Shown: positions 36,551 to 50,162, numbered from the stretch's first letter. The stretch: 64,000 nt of DNA from Octopus sinensis (GCF_006345805.1 NC_043012.1:2356001-2420000), one strand, 5' to 3'. The notes: generated by a model from the letters alone, not told the origin. Numbers and translations: made by a program.

Positions 36551-39500
36551 AAAGAGGGTGCCGAAGAGATCAAAGTGGAGTGCCGACATATCAAAGAGGG
36601 TACCGAAAGAGATCAAAGAGGGTGCCGACAGAGATCAAGGAGGGTGTCGACAGAGATCAAAGAGGGTGCCGACAGAGATCAAAGAGGGTGCCGACAGAGA
36701 TCAAAGAGGGTGCCGACAGAGATCAAAGAGGGTGTCGACAGAGATCAAAGAGGGTGTCGACAGAGATCAAAGAGGGTGCCGACAGAGATCAATAAGGGTG
36801 ACGACAGAGATCAAAGAGGGTGCCGACAGAGATCAAAGAGGGTGCCGACAGAGATCAATAAGGGTGTCGACAGAGATCAAAGAGGGTGCCCACAGAGATC
36901 AAAGAGGGTGTCGACAGAGATCAAAGAGGGTGTCGACAGAGATCAAAGAGGGTGCCGACAGAGATCAAAGAGGGTGCCGGCAGAGATCAAAGTGGGTGTC
37001 GACATAGATCAAAGAGGGTGCCGACAGAGATCAAAGAGGGTGCCGAAAGAGATCAAAGAGGGTGTCGACAGAGATCAAAGAGGGTGCCGACAGAGATCAA
37101 AGAGGATGCCGACAGAGATCAAAAAGGGTGTCGACAGAGATCAAAGAGGGTGCCGACAGAGATCAAAGAGAGTGCCGACAGAGATCAATAAGGGTGTCGA
37201 CAGAGATCAAAGAGGGTGCCGACAGAGATCAAAGAGGGTGCCGACAGAGATCAAGGAGGGTGTCGACAGAGATCAAAGTGGGCGTCGACAGAGATCAAAG
37301 AGGGTGCCGACAGAGATCAAAGAGGGTGCCGACAGAGATCAAAGAGGGTGCCGACAGAGATCAAAGAGGGTGCCGACAGAGATCAAAGAGGATGCCGACA
37401 GAGATCAAAGAGGGTGTCTACAGAGATCAAAGAGGATGCCGACATAGATCAAAGAGGGTGCCGACAGAGATCAAAGAGGGTGACGACAGAGATCAAAGAG
37501 CGTGTCGACAGAGATCAAAGAGGGTGCCGACAGAGATCAAAGAGGGTGTCGACAGAGATCAAAGTGGGTGTCGACATAGATCAAAGAGGGTGCCGACAGA
37601 GATCAAAGAGGGTGCCGACAGAGATCAAAGAGGGTGTCTACAGAGATCAAAGAGGATGCCGACATAGATCAAAGAGGGTGCCGACAGAGATCAAAGAGGG
37701 TGACGACAGAGATCAAAGAGCGTGTCGACAGAGATCAAAGAGGGCGTCGACAGAGATCAAAGAGGGTGCCGACAGAGATCAAAGAGGGTGCCGACAGAGA
37801 TCAAAGAGGGTGCCGACAGAGATCAAAGAGGGTGTCGACAGAGATCAAAGAGGGTGTCGACAGAGATCAAAGAGGGTGCAGACAGAGATCAAAGAGGGTG
37901 CCGACAGAGATCAAAGAGGGTGCCGACAGATATCAATAAGGGTGTCGACAGAGATCAAAGAGGGTGCCGACAGAGATCAAAGAGGGTGCCGACAGAGATC
38001 AAAGAGGGTGTCGACAGAGATCAAAGTGGGCGTCGACAGAGATCAAAGAGGGTGCCGACAGAGATCAAAGAGGGTGCCGACAGAGATCAAAGAGGGTGCC
38101 GACAGAGATCAAAGAGGATGCCGACAGAGATCAAAGAGGGTGTCTACAGAGATCAAAGAGGATGCCGACATAGATCAAAGAGGGTGCCGACAGAGATCAA
38201 AGAGGGTGACGACAGAGATCAAAGAGCGTGTCGACAGAGATCAAAGAGGGTGTCGACAGAGATCAAAGAGGGTGCCGACAGAGATCAAAGAGGGTGCCGA
38301 CAGAGATCAAAGAGGGTGCTGACAGACATCAAAAACGGTGTCGACAGAGATCAAAGAGGGTGCCGACAGAGATCAAAGAGGGTGCCGACAAAGATCAAAT
38401 AGGGTGTCGACAGAGATCAAAGTGGGTGTCGACAGATTAAAAAGGGTGCCGACAGAGATCAAAGAGGGTGACGACAGAGATCAAAGAGGGTGCCGACAGA
38501 GATCAAAGAGGGTGTCGACAGAGATGAAAGAGGGTGCCGACAGAGATCAAAGATGGTGCCGACAGAGATCAAAGAGGGTGCCGACAGAGATCAAAAAGGG
38601 TGTCGACAGAGATCAAAGAGGGTGCCGACAGAGATCAAAGAGGGTGCCGACAGAGATCAAAGAGGGTGCCGACATAGATCGACAGAGATGAAAGTGGGTG
38701 TCGACAGAGATCAAAGAGGGTGCCGACAGAGATCAAAGAGGGTGTCGACAGAGATCAAAGAGGGTGCCGACAGAGATCAAAGAGGTTGCCGACAGAGATC
38801 AAAGAGGGTGCCGACAGAGATCAAAGAGGGTGCCGACAGAGATCAAAGAGGGTGTCGACAGAGATCAAAGAGGGTGCCGACAGAGGTCAAAGTGGGTGTC
38901 GGCAGAGATCAAAGAGGATGCCGACAAAGATCAAAGAGGGTGCCGATAGAGATCAAAGAGGGTGCCGATAGAGATCAAAGAGGGTGCCGACAGAGATCAA
39001 AGGGGGTGCCGACAAAGATCAAAGAGGGTGCCGACATAGATCAAAGAGGGTGCCGACAGAGATCAAAGAGGGAGCCGACAGAGATCAAAGAGGGTGCCGA
39101 CAAAGATCAAAGAGGGTGTCGACATAGATCAAAAAGGGTGCCGACAGAGATCAAAGAGAGTGCCGACAGATCAAAGAGGGTGCCGATAGAGATCAAAGTG
39201 GGTGCCGACAGAGATCAAAGAGTGTGCCGACAGAGATCAAAGAGGGTGCCGACAGAGATCAAAGAGGGTGCCGACAGAGATCAAAGAGGATGCCGACAGA
39301 GACCAAAGAGGGTGTCTACAGAGAGCAAAGAGGATGACGACATAGATTAAAGAGGGTGCCGACATAGATCAAAGAGGGTGCCGACAGAGATCAAAGAGGG
39401 TGCCGACAGGGATCAAAGAGGGTGTTGACAGGGATTAAAGAGGGTTACGACAGATATCAAAGAGGGTGCCGACAGAGATCAAAGAGGGTGTCGACAGAGA

Positions 39501-41513
39501 TCAAAGAGGGTGCCGACAGAGATCAAAGAGGGTGCCGACAGAGATCAAAAAGGGTGCCGACAAAGAGGGTGCCGACAGAGATCAAAGAGGGTGCCGACAG
39601 AAACCAAAGAGGGTGCCGACAGATATCAAAGAGGGTGACGACAAAGATCAATAAGGGTGCCGACAGAGATCAAAGAGGGTGCCGACAGAGATCAAAGAGG
39701 GTGCCGACAGAGATCAAAGAGGGTGCCGACAGAGATCAAAGTGGGTGCCGACATAGATCAAAGAGGGTGCCGACAGAGATCAAAGTGGGTGTCGACATAG
39801 ATCAAAGAGGGTGCCGACAGAGATCAAAAAGGGTGCCGACAGAGATGAAAGAGGGTGTTGACAGAGATCAAAGTGGGTGCCGACAGAGATCAAAGAGGGT
39901 GCCGACAGAGATCAAAGAGGGTGCCGACAGAGATCAAAGAGGGTGTCGACAGAGATCAAAGAGGGTGTCGACAGAGATCAAAGTGGGTGTCGACAGAGAT
40001 CAAAGAGGGTGTCGACAGAGATCAAAGAGGATGTCGACAGAGATCAAAGAGGGTGCCGACAGAGATCAAAGAGGGTGCCGACAGAGATCAAAGAGGGTGC
40101 CGACAGAGATCAAAGAGGATGCCGACAGAGACCAAAGAGGGTGTCTACAGAGATCAAAGTGGGTGTCGACAGAGATCAAAGAGGATGCCGATATAGATTA
40201 AAGAGGGTGCCGACATAGATCAAAGAGGGTGCCGACAGAGATCAAAGAGGGTGCCGACAGAGATCAAAGAGGGTTCCGACAGAGATCAAAGAGGGTGCCG
40301 ACAGAGATCAAAGAGGGTGCCGACAGGGATCAAAGAGGTGCCGACAGGGATCAAAGAGGGTTACGACAGAGATCAAAGAGGGTGCCGACAGAGATCAAAG
40401 AGGGTGTCGACAGAGATCAAAGAGGGTGTCGACAGGGATCAAAGAGCGTGCCGACAGAGATCAAAGAGGGTGCCGACAGAGATCAAAAAGGGTGCCGACA
40501 GAGATCAAAGAGGGTGCCGACAGAGATCAAAGAGGGTGCCGACAGAGATCAAAGAGGGTGCCGACAGAGATCAAAGAGGGTGCCGACAGAGATCAAAGAG
40601 GGTGCCGACAGAGATCAAAGTGGGTGTCGACATAGATCAAAGAGGGTGCCGACAGAGATCAAAGAGGGTGCCGACAGAGATCAAAGAGGGTGTCGACAGA
40701 GATCAAAGAGGGTGTCGACAGAGATCAAAGAGGGTGCCGACAGAGATCAAAGAGGGTGCCGACAGAGCTCAAAGAGGGTGCCGACAGAGATCAAAGTGGG
40801 TGCCGACAGAGATCAAAGAGGGTGCCGACAGAGATCAAAGTGGGTGTCGACATAGATCAAAGAGGTTGCCGACAGAGATCAAAGAGGGTGCCGACAGAGA
40901 TCAAAGAGGGTGTCGACAGAGATCAAAGTGGGTGTTGGCCGAGATCAAAGTGGGTGCCGACAGAGATCAAAGAGGGTGCCGACAGAGATCAAAGAGGGTG
41001 TCGACAGAGATCAAAGTGGGTGTTGGCCGAGATCAAAGTAGGTGCCGACAGAGATCAAAGAGGGTGCCGACAGAGATCAAAGAGGATGTCGACAGAGATC
41101 AAAGAGGATGCCGACAGAGATCAAAGAGGGTGCCGACAGAGATCAAAGAGGGTGTCGACATAGATCAAAGAGGGTGACGACATAGATCAAAGAGGGTGCC
41201 GACAGAGATCAAAGAGGTTGCCGACAGAGATCAAAGAGGGTGCCGACATAGATCAAAGAGGGTGCCGGCATAGATCAAAGAGGATGTCGATAGAGATCAA
41301 AGACGGTGCCGACAGAGATCAAAGAGGGTGTCGACAGAGATCAAAGAGGGTGTCGACAGAGATCAAAGAGGATGCCGACAGAGATCAAAGAGGGTGCGGA
41401 CAGAGATCAAAGAGGGTGCCCATATAGATCAAAGAGGGTGCCGACAGATATCAATGACAGTGCAAACACAGATCAAAGACGATGCTGAATGAGATCAAAG
41501 ATGGTGCCGACAG
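36551..41513 (+). repeat. 22-bp satellite (GACAGAGATCAAAGAGGGTGYC)n, about 225 units
   Basis: Continuous tandem array; homogeneous centre, degenerate edges. Confidence 0.98.
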
Positions 41514-42214
41514 ATATTCCAGACATTCCTGACATTCCAGACATTCCATTCATGAAATTCCAGACATTCCAGACATTCCTGCCATTCCAGTCCTTCCAGA
41601 CATTCCAGTTATTCCTGACATTCTAACATTCCTGACATTCCAGAAATTCCTGACATTCCAGACATTCCAGAGATTCCTGACATTCCAGACATTCCTGACA
41701 TACCGTACATTCCTGACATTCCAACTTCTGACATTCCACACATTCCAGACATCATAGACATTCCTGACATTCCCGACAATCCAGACATTCCTGACTTTCC
41801 AGACATCCTTGACACTCCATACATTCATGACATTCCAGATATTCCTGATATTCCTGACATTCCATACATTTATGAAATTCTAGACATCCCAGACATTCCA
41901 GTCATTCCAGACATTCCAGGCATTCCTGACATTCCTGAGATTCCCGGCATTCCAGACATTCTTGACATTCCAGACATTCCTGACATTCCATACATTCCTG
42001 ATATTCCTGACAGAGATCAAAGAGTCTGTCGACAGAGCTTCCCGAAGGAGATCAAAGAGTGTTGACAGAGATCAAAGTGGATGCCGAAAGAGATCAAAGA
42101 GGATGCCGAAAGAGATCAAATGGCGTACCGAAAGAGATCAAAGCGGGTCCCGAAAGAGAGCAAAGAGGAGTCCCGAATCACATCAATAAGGGTGCCGAAA
42201 GAATTCAAAGGGGG
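41514..42214 (+). repeat. 9-bp (GACATTCCW)n block (41514-42008) then degenerate 22-bp block (42009-42214)
   Basis: Seen directly. Confidence 0.93.
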
Positions 42215-43622
42215 CCCCAAACCCTAAAGCCTACCCTAACCCTAACCTAACCATCACCCTCAGCCTTACCGTAACCCTAACCCTATCCCTAACCCTAACG
42301 CTAACCATAACCCTAACCCTAAACATAAACCTATCCCTAACCCTAAACCTAACCCTAACCCTAAAACTTTAACCTAACCCTAACCCTAACCCTGACCCAA
42401 ACCCCTAACACTAACCCTCACCCTAACCCTCACCCTAACCCTCACCCTAACCCTAACCCTAACACTAACCCTCACCCTAACCCTAACGCTGACCCTAACC
42501 CCTAACCCTAACCCTAACCCATACCCTAAAACTAACCCTTACCCTAACCCTAACCATGACCCTGACCCTGACCCTAACCCTGACCCTGAGGTAACCCTGA
42601 CCCTAACCAAAACCCTAACTCTAACCCTCACCCTTACCCTAACCCTAAGTGAAGCCCTAACCCAAACCCTATCCCTAACCATAACCCTATGCCTAGCCCT
42701 AACCCTAACCCTAACCCTAACACTAACCCTACCCCTAATCCTAACCCTAAACCCTAACCCTATCCCTAACCCTAACCCTAACTCTAACTCTAACCCTAAC
42801 CCTTACCCTAACCCTAACCCTAACGCTAACCCTAACCCTAACCTAAGCCTAATACTAAACCATACCCTAACCCTAACCATAACCCTAACCCTAACCCTAA
42901 CCCTAACCCTAACCCTAACTCTAACCCTAAACCCTAGCCCTAAGCCTAACCCTAAGCCTAAGACTAACCCTAACCCTTACCCTAACTCTAACCCTAACCC
43001 TAACCCTAACCCTAAAATCTAACCCTAAGCCTAACCCAAACCCTAACCCTAACCCTATCCCTAACCCTCACCCTAACCCTAACCCTAAACCTAAACCCTA
43101 ACCTAAACCCTAACCCTAACACTAACCTTCACCTTAACCCTAACCCTAATCCTAACCCTAACCCTAAACCTAACCCTTACCCTAACCCAAACCCTGACCC
43201 TGACCCTAACCCTAACCCTGACGCTAACCCTAACCCTAACGCTAAAACCCTAACCCTAACCCTAACCCAAACCCTAACCGTAACCCTAACCATAACCCTA
43301 ACCCTAAAACTTTAACCTAAACCTAACCCTAACCCTAACCAAACCCTCACCCTATCTCTAATCCTATCCCTAACCCTAACCCTCACCCTAGCCCTAAGCC
43401 TTACCCCAACCCTAACCATCACCCTAACCTTAAACCTAACCTAACCTTAACCCTAACCCTAACCCTAACCCTAACCCTAACATTCACCCTAACCCTAACC
43501 CTAACCCTAACCCTAACCCTAGTCCTAAGCCTTACCCCAACCGTAAAACTAACCCTAACCCTATCCCTAACCCTAACCCTAAGCCTAACCCAAACCCTAA
43601 CCCTAACCCTAACCCTAAACCA

Positions 43623-43661
<39 letters not shown>

Positions 43662-43784
43662 ACCAAACCCTAACCCTTACCCTAACACTAACCCTAACCC
43701 TAACTTTAACCGTAACCGTAACCCTAACCCTAACCGTAACCCTAACCCTAACCCTAACTCTAACCCAAACCCAAACCCTAACCC
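42215..43784 (-). repeat. Degenerate telomeric array (CCCTAA)n = (TTAGGG)n on minus strand, interstitial in this assembly
   Basis: About 260 hexamer units with many variants (CCCTCA, CCCTGA, CCCTAT, CACTAA, CGCTAA, CCATAA, CTCTAA). Confidence 0.97.
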
Positions 43785-44449
43785 GCGAGTTACTATGGCT
43801 TGATAAAATGAATCATAATTTTACTCATTGCTTGCGGTGCCTTTGTAATCGTTTGAAGATATAGACACTCACTCGGTTCATTCGCCCCAGATCCAGCAGA
43901 ACATCCAGAATATTTTGTTCCTATTTTTAGTGAGTAGGATATGATTTGAAGGAGATTTCACTCTTATTTCAGGGAGGTTGAATAACTGCAGAGGGACTCT
44001 CACACTACCGTTTGATATTTTGTGCTGGGTGTCCTGGGGCGACGATGACATATTATCAGACCGTGTCCATGACCGATATTAGATTAACAAATAACAATTG
44101 TTTCACTGACGTCACCAATGATCCTAGCTAACATATATAAGTCACTACACCTTCACTTACAGAAGATTCTTAATTTCTCATGGAATATTTAAAAATAAAG
44201 GGGCAGCCACAGTATTTTTTGTCGTATCATGGAAGATCAACTTGATTCTCTGTGCGTGCGTGAGTGCGTGCGTGTGTGTGTGTGCTTTGACTCTGGTCAC
44301 CCAAAGTTGTGCATATGTACGGCTGTTGAATCATATTAATACAATATTGCATATATATGTAACGTTCAGCATTTAACATCTGGTAAATGATACGTTGAAA
44401 CAATTGCAGTGAAAGCCTTCCAATCCATTTCCTCTCGTAATAAATTTTT

Positions 44450-44648
44450 TTATATGTATGTATGTATGTATGTATGTAGGTATGTAGGTAGGTAGGTAGG
44501 TAGGTATGTATGTAGGTATGTATGTATGTATGTGTGTATGTATGTATGTATGCATGTAGGTATGCATGTATGTATGTGTGTGTGTATTTATGTATCTATG
44601 TGTGTATTTATGTATGTGTGTATGTATGTATGTATGTATGCATGTATC
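44450..44648. repeat. (TATG)n/(TAGG)n microsatellite
   Basis: Seen directly. Confidence 0.9.
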
Positions 44649-44854
44649 ATCGTTATTGACGGAATGAGTATTAGTTAAAATAGCATACTGTATATCTTAC
44701 TTAACGTGGATATATAGTAGAAAAACCACAAAATTGCGATATTTATCTCCAGATAGTTATGTTTCGGTACTCCTTAGCACTATATGTCCATACAAGTTGC
44801 TGTCTTGAAACGAATAATACAGTTTTGTGCCTTTCTACAATATACTCTTTCTCT

Positions 44855-45235
44855 TTTCTCTTGTACTTGTTTCAGTCATTTGACTGTGGCCATGCTGGAG
44901 CACCATCTTTAGTCGAGCAAATCGACCTCAGGACTTATTCTTCGTAAGCCTAGTACTTATTCTATCGGTCTCTTTTGCTGAACCGCTAAGTTACGGGGAC
45001 GTAAACACACCAGCATCGGTTGTCAAGCGATGTTGGGGTGACAAACACACACACACACATATACATGTATACGGCGGGCTTCTTCCAGTTTCCGTCTACC
45101 AAATCCACTCACAAGGCTTTGGTCGGCTCGAGGCTATAGTGGAAGACACTTGCCCAAGGTGCCACGCAGTGGGACTGAACCCGGAACCATGTGGTTGGCA
45201 AGCAAGCTACTTACCATACAGCCACTCCTACGCCT
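44855..45235 (-). mobile_element. SINE family A (young, CpG-rich)
   Basis: Full-length reverse copy; serves as the uninterrupted reference for the split copy at 25290/26925. Confidence 0.88.
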
Positions 45236-46148
45236 ATTAGTCACATTTAGTAAGATATACAGCATGATATAAGTATAAAACTTAATGTGGCTATTTATGT
45301 ATATGGTTTGGGTAAATGGCGCTTTTCAAATGATTTATGTCAATTCAATTTAAATCAATTAACCACGTATCGCAATTATGAAATTATGGAATTAATGCAG
45401 TTTATCCCTATGAAACAGCTGTTGAGCACAATTAAAGAATGAACTGCATGTGAAATTTATGGTCTTATGCTTTTATTTTCTCTCTCCCCTCCCCCTCTCT
45501 CTCTTCTCTTCTCTTACCTCACCTCTTCCTTTCCTCCTCTTCTCTTCCCCCTCTCCATCCTCTTTAACTCTCTCCCCTCTCTATAAGATATGTATGTGCA
45601 ATTTCGATTTTGCTTTACAACATTACTACCCAGCTGCCTGGTCATCATGATTCAGTTGCCCATACCTAGCCGTATTTAAATAATTGAATTCAATTCAATT
45701 AAACTAAATTTTTAAAAAGTTTTTTTTTCTATAGATAACGCATTCAATATTATATAATTCACCCCACCCCCACCAAAAAAAAACACACCAAAACAAACGA
45801 AACTGAAACAAAAACAAAACCCCGAAACTAATCAAATATGCAAATATGCTGCTTATCCTCTAACCTCAAATAAGCTAGCGATCGAATAAATATCTCGAAT
45901 GATTAACAAGATCTTGTTAGCAAATTATGCAGCTATTGTCAGTGGACCATAGCCATGCAGGGGATATCTATCTACACACACACACACACACACATTTCTT
46001 ATTATACATACTCTATGGATATTCTGTGGATTTTCTCATAACTGGGGTGGTATCGTGAAAAAGGCTTCCCACTTCTCAATTTTCAGATAATCGGTGTTTA
46101 TAGAAAAGTGCTTTATGTGGATAATACCAGAGTTTAATAATTCCAATA

Positions 46149-46180
<32 letters not shown>

Positions 46181-46279
46181 TAATAATAATAATAAGTAAC
46201 AACAAAAGAATGAGACCTCGATATTAGATAGAGGATTATCTATAAATGTTAGAATTTAGAACTAACAGTAAAATGTTTC

Positions 46280-46281
<2 letters not shown>

Positions 46282-46368
<87 letters not shown>

Positions 46369-46410
46369 ATGTATGTATGTATGTATGTATGTATGTATGT
46401 ATGTATATAT
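46282..46410. repeat. (TA)n(TG)n(TATG)n compound microsatellite
   Basis: Seen directly. Confidence 0.9.
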
Positions 46411-49400
46411 ATAAAAGATCGCTTCTCAACCACATAGTTCTGGGTTCAGTCCCACTGCGTTGCACCTTGGGCAAGTATACTATATTCCTGGGCCAACCAA
46501 AGCATTGTGAGTGGATTTGGTAAACGAAAACTGAAAGGAACCCGTGGCGCGCGTGCGCGTGTATGAGAAAAGAGAAGGAAATGGAGAAATTGACGCATAG
46601 ACATCAGTTTATTCAGATATTCAAATCAATATAATAATATATATGCATGGATGTTTGTTTGTAAGCCATGAAACCAGTGATGTTGCATGTACGTAGTCAC
46701 AGGAATTGTTAGAAATAGCAGCCGATACAACAACAGCCCAAACCACCCTACTGTCTTCAATGAAGAGGTAAAATGGGATGAGGTGGGGTGGGGAAGAAAG
46801 TCTCGGTGATGCTTGATCATAACCATCCACTTTCACTTTGTCAAACAGAAGCCAGTATCAGTTGGTTTGGTAGAGCGAGGTGTTTTGGCAGCATAGATAT
46901 CTTTTGACTGTAATTAAGAATTATTTGTGTTGTTATTGTTGTTGAAGAATTATTATTATTATTGTTATTTTGTTGTGGAATTTAATTTTGTTTTGTTACG
47001 GATATATTTTTTGTTGTTTTTGCATTGTTGTTGTATACATCGCGTTCGCTTGACCGACCAGAAACAAATGCCAAATTTCGCTAGAATCACGCTCTCTATT
47101 TTTAAACAACACCAAAGCAACAAACAGCAACAACATTCCATTATCATTGACATCAGTCTGATATTAATCACACCATCTCATCTTAGACAATATTACAAAA
47201 ATGAACGACGCAAAAACATGAGCAAAAATAATTCAACAACACAAAAATGAGAAAAAGTCGAAGGATTTTTTTTTTTAATTCAAAATTTTGTACGTTATTA
47301 TTCATAGCGTTATCTGTTTCGAGATCCACCATTCCTTAAAAGAAGTATTTCACATCTCTCGAAATTTATAAAAAAAAAACCCAATAAAATCAACGACAAA
47401 AAATGATTCTTGATTACATTCATACATATCCTTTGTGGCAAACAATCTGGCGACAACACAGTGTCTACAAAATAAAAAAAAGCAACTAAAGACAAAAAAA
47501 AAAAAAAATGCTGCCGCTAAACAACTACAATCTGACAGAATAAAAGTGGTACGCTATAAGCAAAGATCGCTGAGGATTCATTGGCTACCGTGCTATTTTA
47601 TACAAAACAGAAAAAAGACAAAAAAAGATGGGATGTTAACAGCTGGAACAACTCGACCATAGGTCTTCTCAGTGAGGGCCATCCTTAGGTTAAATACTGT
47701 CTATATACTATACTGCCTACCAACTCATGATTTATGATTTTGTTATAAGTTTCCGTCAGTAGACTGTGTCATTCGACCCCGGCACATATTACAGTCAGGT
47801 TCTCATCCAAATATGTCGTCGAACCATTTAGTTGTGGATACTGGAGTACAGACACATACCCACACATAATATAATATAATATAATATAATATAATATATG
47901 ATGGGCTTTTGCGCAGATTTTGTCAACCAAATTCTACTCACAAAATATTGCTCAACTCAAAACTCATGTAGATGGTTGCTCAAGGTACCGCCAAGCAGGA
48001 TCGAACCTGGATTCATGTGTTTAATGCGACGTACTTCTTCACCACACAACCATGCCTATATTAACATGGATATCGTTGCTATGGGCGACACAGTCCTCAA
48101 TGGTTGAGCTGCATCTTGCCAGTGTTCGGGATCTAAAGCTTAAGGACTACTTAATGAATCTCTTAAACGATAACAAGTGATGGGGATTATTTATTCGACT
48201 CATTACACGATTAATATTACGGATAAATAGATGTCATATAATCTCATTTGCCTTCTGTCATAATTATGATGTCCTATGTTCTGTGTATGAATCGATTCGT
48301 TCCACTACAAGGCAAGCCAAAGACATACAAGATATTTTACGATTTTGATTAGTTTTGGTTTTTATTGTTTTATTGTTGTTGTTTAGCTCCAAGTGAGCTC
48401 TTATAGAACAGACTTATGATGAAAGGCACTTCAGCCTCGACCATTCTGCCCTTTTTTTTTTTAATAGGACTTCTTTTAAGTCAGTACGGCGTGATTTGAC
48501 AGCATTTAGCTGCTGTTTCTAGCGTCTCAATTGACCACACAGAGGCTCTTCTCACGGATTCGTACGCTGTTCGTGGGTTAGAGCTTGAAAGGGCTTATGC
48601 TTAATTTTTGTTTAGTCCCTTTCGTGACCATGTTTCTATTGAAATGCACTACCTTTGCTTCAATTTATTTTGAAAAAAAAAAAAAAAGAGTAAGTAACTC
48701 TCGTTATTTAGCTAGTGTTTGGGAAGTTTTAATAATAATGAAATAATAATAATAATGAAATTATTGTATATAGTGCTCAGGTGCACCACAATTAATTTAG
48801 AACACTTTAAAAAAGGAAGTTTAAATCAGGGGCGGCCTCTGGTAGGTTAGTATTAAAAGGGTGATACCTCTTGCAGTCACTGGGGCCGATAACAGATGAC
48901 GAATAGATTTAAAAAAAAAAAAAGATTTGTTGACAGGTAAGTTGATAATTGCAGTTACATAGGTAGAAAGAAATGTACGTATAGATAGATTCAGAATAAG
49001 AGAGATAGAGAAAGGTAGAAGTTATTGTTTACCACCGGTCGCTCCTAAATGAGCAAATTTATAATCAAAGGTGCTCTGGCCATCATGATCGATGATACTG
49101 AGCCCCTGAAAAGCCCTAATCAATGAAACGGGTGATCATATTTGACTAATACTAAGTTTTGTCTTGGGCATCTCGTATCTAGTACTAACATTATCCAATG
49201 TGTCCTTTTTTTCAAGACGGTAGTGTGAGTTTGAGGAAGATTTGGCTGCTATTTCTGACATTTAACAGGGTAAGCGATGATGGAGAAGAGGTCTCCGTGT
49301 TGGCCTGTGTTGATAGATATATTAGATATGTTTGTGAATAGGTAACTGTCGGCAGATAAATTAATGGATTACTTGACAGACAGGTAAGTATTATAGGTGA

Positions 49401-49879
49401 TACATAATATGCATGTAGATAGGTATTTTAATTGATAGCATTGGAGTTATCACCCTTGGTTATAACCAGATTTTAGGCAGCATCAGAGGGACATTTTGGT
49501 GATCGACTGCATCAATAACCACCGTTAATCGAAGATTTTCAATACTCTGTTACGCATGCGAGACCCTACCGTTTGTATATGCCGTGTGCAAAACGCTTCC
49601 TTAAGATACCTGACATCAGTCATACTGTTGATATTTATAATCAGTAATATTTCTCCTAATTCTCTCTTTTTTTTTTTTTTTCCATCTCACTCTGCAACAT
49701 CGCCCGTTCTTTCTCTCCATCCTGAACAGTTTCTGTTACAAAGCAACCTCTAAGCTAGATTGTCACTTTCCCAATAGCACCCACCCCTTTCTCTCTCTCT
49801 CTCCCTCCAACACACACACACACACGCGCGCGCACACATTCTCTCTTTCTCTCTCTCTAAATGTATCTTGATTTTTTTT

Positions 49880-50162
49880 ATCTTTTACTTGTTTCTGTCA
49901 TTGGACTGCGGCCATGCTGTAACACCACCTTGAAGGGTTTTAGTCGAACGAATCGTCTCCAGTAGTTATTTCTTTCTTTTAAGCCTAGTACTTATTTTAT
50001 CAGTCACTTGGGTCGAACCGCTAATGTTACGGAGACGTAAACAAACTAACACCACTTGTCAAGCAGCGGCGAAGGACAAATACGAATGTTTATCCAGTGG
50101 AACTGAACCGAAGCTGTGTAGCTGGGAAGAAAATTTCTTACTAAATACACTCACCTACGCCT
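49880..50162 (-). mobile_element. SINE family A (degenerate)
   Basis: TTTTACTTGTTTCTGTCATTGGACTGCGGCCATGCTG..AAGCCTAGTACTTATT. Confidence 0.7.

Noticed and set aside
36337-41488. Many long + strand ORFs (RVPTEIKEGADRDQRGCRQRSK repeats, up to 368 aa)
   Set aside because: The 22-mer has no stop in any + frame by composition; all three frames give the same peptide, and variants introduce stops freely. No support for a protein.
36551-41513. CRISPR-like array
   Set aside because: Units are head-to-tail with no unique spacers; no cas genes; eukaryotic context
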